64,000 nt of DNA from Octopus sinensis (GCF_006345805.1 NC_043009.1:43648001-43712000); one strand, 5' to 3'. Shown: positions 52,575-63,224, counted from the stretch's first letter. Notes: generated from the sequence alone by a model not told the origin. Program-made: numbers and translations.

Positions 52575-53025
52575 TGTGTGTGTGTGTTTGTGTGTGTGTG
52601 TTTTGTGTGTGTGTGAAAGAGCGAGAGAGAGAGAGAGAGAGGGAGAAAGAGATCTGTGTCAGCTTTTATTTCACATCTCTCCTCAAAGTCATTAGTTAAC
52701 CCCTAATAATGTTTTTATTTTTGTTGCTCTCAAAACTTCAGCGAGCTAATTACCGAGCTCTTTTCTTTCTGTTGAGAGATGTTGTTTCACTCTTATAATC
52801 CGGCTCTCGTATGATGCTCATATGACGTTGATACAGATATTTAAGACCCCGGCCGATTTCAGATCTGGAAAACTAATCCTTCAACATCCCCGCTGATGTT
52901 GAACAATCCAAGAGTACAGAGCACTTTCTGAGATGTTATGTCCATTTTGCTAAACTTGCTAATTGAAAAGGCCAAATGAAATAATCAGGACAGGCACTGG
53001 AAATTTGTTATAAACATTATAAACA

Positions 53026-53545
53026 TAGGCGCAGGCGTAGCTGTGTGGAATAGGCGCAGGCGTGGCTGTGTGGCAAGAAGCTTGCTTCCCAACTACATAA
53101 ATCCGGGTTCAGTCCCATTGCGTAGCACCTTGTGAGTGGATTTGGTAGACAGAAACTGAAAGACGCCTGTCGTGTATATATATATGTGTGTGTGTGTATA
53201 TGTGTGTGAGTGTGTGTGCGTGTGTGTGTGTGTGAGTGTGCGTGCTTGTGTGTGTTTTGTGTGTCTGTTTGTCCTCCCCATCATCGCTAGATAACCGATG
53301 TTGGTGTGTTTCTGTCTACCAAATCCACTCACAAGGTGCCACGCAATGGGACTGAACCCGGATCTATGTGGTTGGGAAGCAAGCTTCTTACCACACAGCC
53401 AGGCAAGTCTTCTTCGGCAAAAGAGACCGATAGAATAATTACTAGGTTTACAAAGAATAAGTCTTGGGGTTGAATTGTTCGACTAAAGGCAGTGCTCCAG
53501 CATCGCCGCAGTCAAATGACAAAACAAGTAAAGGAATAAAGGAAT
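53026..53545 (+). mobile_element. rearranged SINE-A with tandem head duplication and internal 93-bp inverted self-duplication
   Basis: 53064-53156 is the reverse complement of 53308-53400 (4 mismatches); both carry the same private deletion. Confidence 0.9.
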
Positions 53546-53609
53546 AATACATGTTGTCTGGTGGTTCTCATAACCATATTTTCTATATATATTAACGACG
53601 GACCCAATA

Positions 53610-54135
53610 TTAATACCGAGAGGTAATATTTATTCTCACTTAAGAAAGGATGTTCTGTTAGGACAAACTATATTGCATTAGCTACCATGATAGAACCTCT
53701 CATATTGGCTTTTGTTGCAAAATCCACCTCTATTTATATCCAGTACCGAGACAACCATCACGTAATTTCGACCTTCCTTGGTTTCGTCGATGATGGACGC
53801 TCGACCACCAGAAATAGCAGCGACTTATCTCTCCACCAGCGATATATAGAAAAACAGCGCCACAACAGGCGCTGGTGTCGTAATTAGCCAGTGAGCTTTT
53901 TAAAAATATATTAGCGGCAGAAGCCGTATTAATACCGAGAGATAATATTTATCTCCACTTAAACGTGGATGTTCTGTCAGAACAAACTTTGCTGCGGTAG
54001 TTACCATGAAAGAAACTCTCATGTTGGCTTTTGTTGCAAATGCATACCTATTTATGTTGCTAGCAGGGAGATAAATCCCCGCCATTACAAGCGCCGGGAC
54101 CACAAAATCATGTGATTTCGACCTTCCTTCTCATG
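53610..54135. repeat. diverged direct duplication, period 319 bp
   Basis: TTAATACCGAGAG...TTGGCTTTTGTTGCAAA...ATTTCGACCTTCCTT at about 53610-53780 and 53929-54130. Confidence 0.85.
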
Positions 54136-54564
54136 AAATATTTTCTTAAACCTCTCCTTATTTTTGGATCCGTCGTGTATCAAATTCTCACCTAGTCCAA
54201 GACTTTTGTAATTCATACCCGAATGTAAAAGTTATACTGACCAATTGTTTAAGTTTAGATTGTGGTGGGAAGAGCAAATTTTCTTCATCTTAACACCGAA
54301 AAATGTACGCTTGATCTGACGAAATTTTATTCCAGGTTTTGTGGAATATCGTGCAATAAGATCTGATTGATTTTAATGTGGATGAAATTAGATCCATAGT
54401 GTTTCAAGTTTTCTGGTATATTTCTGGATATGTTGTGTCCATTTCTATAGAAAATCCTTCGGGAACAAGTATGATAACAATTTTAAAATGAGACGACAGA
54501 GAGCAATACTGACAAAGTATCGCCCTACCAGATGCCTTTTCGATAATGTATAGTTTCACACGAA

Positions 54565-55172
54565 GACACGTGGCCTAGTGGTTAGGATGTTACATTCGCG
54601 ATCGCAAGATTGTGGTTTCGATTCCTGAACCTGGTGGTACGTTGAGTTCTTGGGCAAAGAAACATCATTTCACATTGCTTCTGTTCACTCAATAATAAAT
54701 AAGTAATCCTACGACAGACTGGCGTCTCCTTTGGAGGATTGTTGGGATTTCGGTTACTTATGCTTCATGGAACCCAGGTAATAGGCCCTATGAGTCTCAG
54801 GACTCGAGACAGTAGTGTCCAGGGCTTGATGATGAAGTGGAGGCGCGTGGCTTAGTGATTAGGGTGTGAGATTATAAGATTGTGGTTTCGATTCCTGGAA
54901 CGAGCGACGCGTTGTGTTCTTGAGCAAAGCACTTCATTTCAAGTTGCTCCATCATCATCATCATCATTGTTCGACCGTGGTCGAGACAATGGAATTTATT
55001 ATGTTACACCAGACTTCACGGTTCATCATAGCATTACGGAGGTCCTGTCGCTCAACTGGCAAAAATGAGTAATTCTGTGACTAAACGGCTTCCCGTCCTG
55101 TCCAGGGGAGGAATATTATCGGCCATGGAAACCCGGAAAACAGCCCTTATAAGTCGGTATGACTCGAGAACG
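54565..55172 (+). mobile_element. two tandem SINE-C copies (about 54565-54810 and 54838-55172)
   Basis: Both have GTGGC(C/T)TAGTG(G/A)TTAGG heads and GGTTTCGATTCCTG B-boxes. Confidence 0.85.
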
Positions 55173-55200
55173 AACGAAAGTATGTTATCATATAGTTTAT

Positions 55201-55285
55201 TTTTAAATTTCTTACCGATGGAGAAAGCCGGTTTCTAACCAAGATCCAACCAAGATCCTTCATTGTAATTTCAACAACATCAACT
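55201..55285 (+). repeat. unclassified about 100-bp repeat family I (also 60408-60503 - and 61401-61500 +)
   Basis: Shared GAAAG..CGGTTTCTAACC.AGATCCAA...CATTG(G/T)AATTTCA.CA.CA segment. Confidence 0.8.
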
Positions 55286-55314
55286 TGTAAGGTGTGCTTG
55301 TGTGTGTATGTCAT

Positions 55315-55530
55315 TTATCTTTTACTTGTTTCAGTCATTAGACGGCGGTCATGCTGGGGCACCACTCTGAAGAACTTTTACTTGAATGAATCGACCTCAG
55401 TACTTTTTTTTTTTGTCAAGCCTGGTACTTACTCTATCGGATATCTTATGCCGAACCGTTAGGTTACGGGGACGTAAACACACCAACACCGGTTGTCAAG
55501 CTGTACGAGAGGGGGAGGGACAATCCCCCA
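55315..55530 (-). mobile_element. SINE family A, A2 module
   Basis: TTTTACTTGTTTCAGTCATT...ACACACCAACACCGGTTGTCAAG. Confidence 0.85.
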
Positions 55531-55644
55531 CTACGTACATACACATATGTGTATATAAAACCAAAAGGGAAAAGTTCACTTACCACTAATTGTGACTGAG
55601 GGTGCCGGGTACATATATGTGTGTGTGCGTGTTTGTATAAGTGT

Positions 55645-55708
<64 letters not shown>

Positions 55709-55984
55709 GATAAACATTGGCAATAACCCCCATTCTTTTGTTCTATCCTCAAAACCCGGCAATCCTCAAATGACATTAAAGGAAAAATATTTCCAATAAC
55801 ACAGAAGAACCATTGACAGTCAGAAATACTGGTAACGTATGTTGAACTTTCTGACGAACTTCGTACTTGAGTCTGGTCATATTTCAGTAAGAAAAGTACA
55901 GAATGCGAACATTAATCTTATGCAATTTAATCTAAAATAAAATAATATTGCATAACCAAAGGATTGTCTTTTTTCTTGTCTCTC

Positions 55985-56215
55985 TCTCTCTTGTGTCATG
56001 ACATATTCATGCCGTTGACGAATCATGGCTTGTTCCTCCTCCATTTATTTCTGTCTCTCGCAGCATCACCCTGGTCTTTCTCGTTCTGCGTGTTCATTCT
56101 CTTCTTCATCCAGTCGAACATCTCCATTCTCTGCCTTCCCCTCGCTCTCCTTCCCATCAGCTCAGTCTCCACCATATAACGCTCCATTCCTTCATCCTCC
56201 TCTCTGACAAGGACA
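55985..56215 (-). mobile_element. RTE-BovB-like LINE, ORF C-terminus
   Basis: ...EGMERYMVETELMGRRARGRQRMEMFDWMKKRM...AARDRNKWRR: GRRARGRQR and DRxKWR motifs of RTE elements. Confidence 0.85.
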
Positions 56216-56264
56216 GTTTTCTTGTATGTCATTCAAATTTTAGCTATTATACTACAATATTCTT

Positions 56265-56965
56265 TTATTCTTTTACTTGTTTCAGTCATTTCACTGCGGC
56301 CATGCTGGAGCACAATCTTTAGTCGAACAAGTCAACCCCAGGACCTTTTTCTTTGTAAGCCTAGAACTTATTCTATCGGACGCTTTTGCTGAACCGCTAT
56401 ATTACGGGGTCGTAAACACACCAGCATCGGTTGTCAAGCGATGGTGTGGGGACAAACACAAACACACACAAGTCCCACTGCGTGACATCTTGGGCAAGCG
56501 TCTTCTAATAAAGCCTCGGGCCGACCAAAGCCTTGTGAGAGGATTTCGAAGACGGAAACTGAAAGAAGCCCGTCGGATATAAGTATTTGTGTGTGTGTGT
56601 TTGTCCCCGAACATCACTTTACACCGATGTTGGTGTGTTTACGTCGCTGTACATTAGTGGTTCGGCAAAAGAGACCGATAGGATAAGTACTAGGCTTACA
56701 AAGAATAAGTCCTGGGGTCGATTTGCTCGACTAAAGGCGGTGCTCCAGCATGGCCGCACTCCGATGATAAAACAAGTAAAATATATATATATATATATAT
56801 ATACACGGTGGGCTCCTTCCAGCATCTGTCTACTAAAACCACTCACAAGGCTTAGGTCGGCTCGAGAATATAGAAGACACCTAGCAAAGGTACCACGTAG
56901 TGGGACTGAACGCGGAAACCATGTGGTCGGAAAGCAAGTTCCTTACCACACAGCCACTCCTGCGT
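56265..56965. mobile_element. minus-strand SINE-A with a plus-strand SINE-A (about 56473-56780) nested in its internal microsatellite
   Basis: Order A2(-), A1(+), A2(+), A1(-). Confidence 0.9.
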
Positions 56966-57406
56966 CTATATATATTCATTCTATAACATGTGTACTGTAA
57001 GTTTGACTTCTTTCATAAATCTCTTTATTTAGCTATTAACGTCCATCGTTAATAGCTAATTTATACCCAACTTTTGTTAGCCCGGCAACTTTTTTGTGAC
57101 ATCACTGACTATTTAGTCAGTGTTAAAAAAACTATTTGGCTCCTATTTCTAGCTGGTAAGGTGACTGTATAGTAACTCGCTCGTTGGCTCAAATTTCACA
57201 AAGAACCAAAGGATGGAATAATCAAGAATGTCTTTGTCTTCCTATCAGCTTGTCAGATTTTTGATTTGCTATTCGGTGAATGGGTATCTGTTGCTGATGT
57301 GCTCAATTTACACGGAAATTACGTGATGCAACAATCCCATACGCCGGTGTTGATGAAATTTCATCTACCAATATAATCTGTGCTTTTTAGCACTTGAACA
57401 TCTATA

Positions 57407-58107
57407 GGAGGGTGCGTAAAGTATTTGAGGACAGGTTTATGTTTATAAATAAATAGATATATAATAACAGGTAATAATTTTATTTATCAAAAACTGCTAT
57501 GAGGATAAAAATAAACCATCTTTTCTATAGTATAAGTTTTTCTATAACTTTTTCTCCTTTGAGAAAAGCCAAATAAAATCTTCTGCTGGATTTTTCAGTT
57601 TAAGAGCCTTTTAGATCTGTTGTACTAATTTTTTTTTTTTTTGCTTTTTCTGACAAATTGAGCTTTCCTCATCATATAAGACTTATATCTAATGTCTTTG
57701 TGGACAACATTTCTGACTGTTCCTTCTGACACATTGAAATCTTTTGCAATTGACCTCATGAACATTCTGAGATTGTAAGCAATGATCTGTTGAACCTGCT
57801 GGATAAATTCAGGCGTTCGGATAATTTCGCAGCGTTTAGAATGCTTTTTATGCATTGATACTGGTGATACGTTTCCATCTTCAGTCTCTAGCGCCTTATA
57901 CAAACTTTGTAGTCGAAAGATCTGGCAACTTTTAAAAATCGAGATATTTCTAAATCGCTATAACCAGAATAACAGCATGCTTCTTTATTTCTTGAGAAAG
58001 TGGAGGGTCTGCTATTATTATTTTCTGAAACAAAGATTATACAGAGTTAGCCAAAAATGCAGCAATGACCCAAAATAGGTATGTCTTCAGATAACTTACG
58101 TACCCTG
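57407..58107 (-). mobile_element. internally deleted Tc1/mariner element retaining both TIRs and the transposase N-terminus
   Basis: TA-GGAGGGTGCGTAAAGTATTTGAGGACA vs reverse complement TA-CAGGGTACGTAAGTTATCTGAAGACA; minus strand SDLEISRFLKVARSF / IRTPEFIQQVQQ...MRSIAKDFNVSEGTVRNVVHKDIRYKSY (HTH region); no DDD/E domain left. Confidence 0.85.
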
Positions 58108-58116
58108 TATATATAC

Positions 58117-58570
58117 AGGCGCAGGCGTAGCTATGTGGTAAGAAGCTTGCTTCCCAACCTCATGGTTTCGGGTTCAATCCCACTGCGTGGCACCTTGGGC
58201 AACCGTCTTCTCCTATAGCCTCGGGCCGACCAAAGCCTTTTGGTAGACGGAAACTGAAAGAAGCCCTTCGTATATATATATATATATATTATATATAATA
58301 TATATTATATAGATATATATATATATGCGTGTGGTGTGTGTTTGTGTGTTGGGTGTGTGTGTGTTTGTTCCTCCACCATCGCTTGACAATCGATGCTGGT
58401 GTGTTTACGTCCCCGTAACTTAGCAGTTCGGCAAAAAAAACCCGGCAGAATAAGTACTAGGGTTGCAAAGAATAAGTCCTGGTGTCGATTTCTTCGACTA
58501 AAAGCGTTGCTCCAGCATGGTCGCAATCAATTGACTGAAAGAAGGAAAAGAATATATGTATATGTGTTTG

Positions 58571-58609
<39 letters not shown>

Positions 58610-58757
58610 CGGGCTTCTTTCAGTTTATGTCTACCAAATCCACTCACAAGGCTTTGGTTGGCCTGAGGCTATAATAGAAGACACTTGCTCAGGTGCCATG
58701 TAGTGGGACTGAACTTACAATCATGTGATTGGGGAGCAATCTTCTTACCACACAGCC
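58117..58757. mobile_element. full SINE-A (+, about 58117-58548) followed by an inverted A1 (-, about 58608-58757)
   Basis: GGCGCAGGCGTAGCTATGTGG head; second A1 in reverse orientation. Confidence 0.9.
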
Positions 58758-58987
58758 GTATTTATGTATCTGGGTTTCCGCAAAAATTACTTTGCAGACA
58801 AACAACAATTAAAGTGTGTGCTGGATATGATAAAATGAAGTCACATTTATGGGAGCCTGGAAAACTTTATCAAATATTCCGACTTCAGCTTTCGGCTTTC
58901 CTTCTGTAGAACTGTTTCTCACTCCACAACCTCTCTCTCCCAGGGGTTGTAGTTAGTACTAAATCCAACCTACCCACTGGTGCACAA

Positions 58988-59018
<31 letters not shown>

Positions 59019-59546
59019 ACATATTAATGTGTGTGTGTGTGTGAGTGTGTATATGTATGCATGTGTGGGGGTGTACGTTACGTGCGTATCAATGTATCTA
59101 GTATCATAAATTGGCTGAAGCAAAGGTATTCGGTATCCTTCTGAGACGTACATAAAGATCTGATATCTTCAGATATCTTATGATTAATTCAAATCTCTAT
59201 ACATAACAATATGCTTATACTCATGTGAATGTGTTTGTATATGTATCTGCTGCCTCTATGTCTTTGTGTATGTTTGTGTGATAATAGAAGGGTACTGAGA
59301 AGTAAGTAGATGTCTGTTTAAGCTATTAATACTTATAAGGGTAGGAGAAACATGTATTTCGTTACCAGATACGTTTGAGTGCCGGTCAAAATACATTGTA
59401 GTTATCGTTTGTGCCGGATTAACGGAATTTATTTATTTTTTTTCTTAGTCATTTTACATTGCAAGTTCAAATCTCTCCTTAATGAAATCCACATAATGCA
59501 TATAACGGGACTGATGCGTAAAAAGGAAAACCCTTACACACACACA

Positions 59547-59586
<40 letters not shown>

Positions 59587-59807
59587 ACACACATATATAT
59601 ACCTATGTATTTCTCCCTCTTTCTGTTCCTCTTTCTGTATGTCTTTTTCTCTTTATCTGTCTGTCAGTTCCCCTCTCTATACATACATGCATGCATACAT
59701 ACATACATACATACATACATACATACATACATACATTCATGCATGCATGCATGCATGCATGCATACATACATACATACATACATACTACATACATACATA
59801 CATACAT

Positions 59808-60270
59808 ATGTCGCATCATCTCCTCAGCAACAGCTTTTAACTATCAAATGTCGAGGTGCATCCCTTGACCAAATTCGCATACATACGGTTGATAACATCA
59901 TAAGACTTGACCAACATTCCTCGTCTGATAACCTAGAATACATGTTCAAAGAAGTCTCACGACCCTACCGCAACGTATCATTAAATGAAAGGATGAGCCT
60001 ATATGAGAAGAAGACTATGCATGGATATGTTAGTAGAAAGCTCCGAGATAATAGTAACATTGATCATAAAAGCAATGTATCATGGACCAATAGCCGGATT
60101 ACTTCCTCCTACTTTGAAGGGTACGCATTTGCAATCCATGAACATGAAATATCAATCAGACACGTGATGCAAAAAGGTATAGAGTTGTAGGAAAAGTAGT
60201 AAAATGTGACAACCGATGCAGACTTTGTGCAGTTCACACCGAACATATCACCCACATCATAAGCAGTTGG
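59808..60270 (+). mobile_element. RLE-type non-LTR retrotransposon fragment (Dong/R4-like), post-RT region + CCHC knuckle
   Basis: KKTMHGYVSRKL...IDHKSNVSW...FEGYAFAIHEHEISIR, then after a frameshift CDNRCRLCAVHTEHITHIISSW; matches the HG / S..W / EG...A.QEQ.I.TR / CRLC...E.I.HI.SGC pattern of R4/Dong and relatives. Confidence 0.75.
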
Positions 60271-60528
60271 AACTGTGAAAGCCTGTAAAACTGTCCAGAA
60301 GTTTATCATTTAAATATATATGAGCATGTCTAGATATGCAACTATATGCATGAGCATACAAACATAAACAAAACATACAAACCTGCACATATACATACAT
60401 ACAAACAAATACCCTGTTGTTGATGTTGAAATTCCAATAATGGATCTTGGATCTGGGTTAGAAACCGGCTCTTTCCCTATTGGCAAGAAGTCTTGAAATA
60501 AAAATGAACAATGACAAAAATACATACA

Positions 60529-60562
<34 letters not shown>

Positions 60563-61051
60563 CATACGTATGCATATGTGGGTGTGCCTGTGTGTGTGTG
60601 TGTGTGTATGTGAGTGTGTGTATGTCTGTGTATATAATCTTCCTATTTCTTTCCTAGAGACATTTTATTTTTTGCTGGTGTATACAATTTGATTCTCGAT
60701 TGCTTTTATTTATTTATTTATTTATTTATTTTGTTTGTTTATTTATTTGTTTGTTTATTTGTGTATTTGTTTATTTAGCACGTCCCAAAAGCCAAGCCGC
60801 ATTTCAATATTGTTTATATTCGAAAACCTGACATGCGTATAGGACACAGGTTTCATGTATATTTATTTACATTGCTACTGCGCTAAACGTCTCGGTGACT
60901 AGCAGCAACAATAGTAGGGAAACGTCTGTGTATGTATGTATGTATGTATGTATGTATGTATGTATGTATGTATGTATGTATGTATGTATGTATGCGTGTG
61001 TGTGTGAGTATGTATGTGCGTGTATTTGTGTATGTGTGTGTGTGTGTGTGT

Positions 61052-61272
61052 GGCTTAGTGGTTAAGGTGTTGCGCTCATGATTGGAAGATTGTGGTTTCG
61101 TTTCCTGAACCGGGCGATTCGTCGTGTCCTTGAGTAAAACACTAAATTTCACTTGCCCCAGTCCATTCAAGAGGCAAAAAAATGAGTAACCCTGCAACGA
61201 ACCAGCATTCTTTCCAGAGGGGAATATATACGCCTCAGAATCCGGGAAGCAGGCCTTGTGAGCCTGTGGTTC
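61052..61272 (+). mobile_element. SINE family C
   Basis: GGCTTAGTGGTTAAGGTG...GGTTTCGTTTCCTGAACCGGGCG...AAAATGAGTAACC. Confidence 0.85.
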
Positions 61273-61509
61273 AGGAATTTGATTCTTTTTGTATGTATGT
61301 ATGTATGTATGTTTATATGTATGTGTGTGTATGTATGTATGAATGTATGTATGTATGTTTATATGTATGTATATATGCAAATATGTATGTCATTATACAG
61401 TTTTATTTCAAGATTTCTTGCCAATAGAGAAAGAATCGGTTTCTAACCTAGGTCCAAGTCTCCTTCATTGGAATTTCATCATCAATAACAGGGTATTTTT
61501 CTATGTATG

Positions 61510-61543
<34 letters not shown>

Positions 61544-62132
61544 TGTATGTATGTATGTATGTATGCATGCATGTAGTTGCGTGTCTAAACATATGCAGAT
61601 ATACTTAGATGATAAACTAGAAAGTTTTACAAATTTTGTCGGTTCCAATGAGGGCTTGGATCTGTAGTCTTTGAATGTATGTATGTATGTATGAAAATCT
61701 GCTTAATATGGTAACTAAAGTACAGCAGTTATCGTATCGAAGAACTGATGTTGATCAAGCCCTTTGGTAAGGACAACATTCAACAAGTCAGTTCACATAA
61801 CTGAACAAAACATTTATTACATTGTTTTGATGTAATATTTCCTGTTTTATGACAGCATGGTGTGCATTTTGTGGGGTGGTTCCCAATCTAAAGGGAGGCG
61901 CTGTATATCTAGAGTAGGGTGGAGAGTCTATATCTTTGAGGGGATTTTCAAATAAGTATAAATATTTTTTAACAACATACATTTGCTTCATCACATAGTA
62001 GTATACATGTACACACTCACGCGCGCGTACACATACGCAGTCATTTAAAATAAACGAATAAAAGAATTAACAGATATCAAGAAGACGTGTACAAGACATG
62101 TATTAGCTTGATGCCCGGTAGAAAGACAAAGT

Positions 62133-62167
62133 TTTTGACGTTTCGAGCACAGCTCTTCGTCGGAAAG
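62133..62167 (-). ncRNA. minimal type-I hammerhead-ribozyme-like motif inside repeat family H (about 62078-62185)
   Basis: Minus strand CUUU-CCGACGA-A-GAGC(UGU)GCUC-GAAA-C-GUC-AAAA: one change (U4C) from CUGANGA, intact stem II, GAAA, palindromic ACGU helix III and GUC triplet; helix I 3 bp. Confidence 0.55.
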
Positions 62168-62273
62168 GAGAAGGGGAAAGAAATCGCCAAAAGCATATAT
62201 TTATTCAAATATATACATGTACATACACACACACACACACATACACACACCTACACACACACACACGCACATA

Positions 62274-62686
62274 TTGTGTTGGCAACTAAGTTAGCATGGT
62301 TTTTTAAAGTTTTTGAATCTATTTTTTTTTTTAGAATTCTATTTTTGAATCATTTTGGAATCTATTTTTTTTTCTAGTTAATTTTAGTTAATTTTTGTTT
62401 ATTTTAAGATCATGGAAATGGAATGTCAAGTTAAGAAAAACGAGCATTTTCGACACCTTTTTTTTCTTCTTTTAATCAAGGTTCTATGGCCGCAAAAGCT
62501 GCTCGCGATATTTGTGCTGTGTATGGAGAGGGTTCCATAGCTGAAAGAACCGCTCCTGATTGGTATGCCAAGTTCAAAAATGGAAATTTTGACCTCAAAG
62601 ACACACTTCGTTCTGGTCGTCCATTTGAGTTCGATGAAAAGCGATTAAACCAACTTTTGCACGTAAATTCACGTCAAACGACATGG
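62274..62686 (+). mobile_element. mariner transposon 5' fragment (left TIR + transposase N-terminus)
   Basis: TA-TTGTGTTGGCAACTAAGT TIR; MECQVKKNEHFRHL / NQGSMAAKAARDICAVYGEGSIAERTA..WYAKFKNGNFDLKD..RSGRP (mariner HTH), one frameshift, truncated at a (TA)n. Confidence 0.9.
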
Positions 62687-63017
62687 GAACCATGGCATAT
62701 ATATATATATATATAATATATATATATATAATATATATATATGTGTGGGTGTGTATGTGTGTGTGTGTGTGTATGTGTTCATCATTCATATATGTATAGC
62801 GTATGTATATGTGTATGTATGAATGTATGTATGTGCGTATGTATATATACAAGGCGAATCCTAACTCGTAGCTATAATGTGTAAACATGAGGTAGTACTT
62901 CAGTATCTAAATATCGAATAGAATAGCAGAATACAAGGAATACGGTGAGGGACAGCGTTGGCAAAAAGTAATACTGAAAAAATTGAAATATCTTTCATGT
63001 TGAGAGGAAGAAGAGCG

Positions 63018-63052
63018 ATCTAATATTTCGGACAGAAACCCTTCTTCAGTGA
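63018..63052 (-). ncRNA. second, unrelated hammerhead-like motif (Penelope-type), decayed helices I/III
   Basis: Minus strand CUGAAGA-A-GGG(UUUCUG)UCC-GAAA-UAUU. Confidence 0.35.
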
Positions 63053-63224
63053 GAGAAGCGTCAACAAGTGCTGACAGTTCTCTCTCACTAGGGAAGTGTT
63101 GTGCCTATAATTGCTTAAAATCGATTCTATAGATTAGATTATTTTATATTGATCTTAATTATGTTTTTTAAAGCTTTTCACAACAGCAACAGAACTATTG
63201 ATACCAAGCGAAGAAGGGTACACC

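Noticed and set aside
52880-52903. 9-bp hairpin TTCAACATC/GATGTTGAA
   Set aside because: Stems of this length are expected by chance at this window size.
58101-58119. miR-10-like TACCCTGTA and a 16-bp palindrome CCTGTATATATACAGG
   Set aside because: Both arise from the junction of a Tc1/mariner TIR, (TA)n and a SINE-A head.
62888-62897. let-7-like TGAGGTAGTA
   Set aside because: Only the first 10 nt match; the rest differs from let-7 and I see no precursor hairpin.
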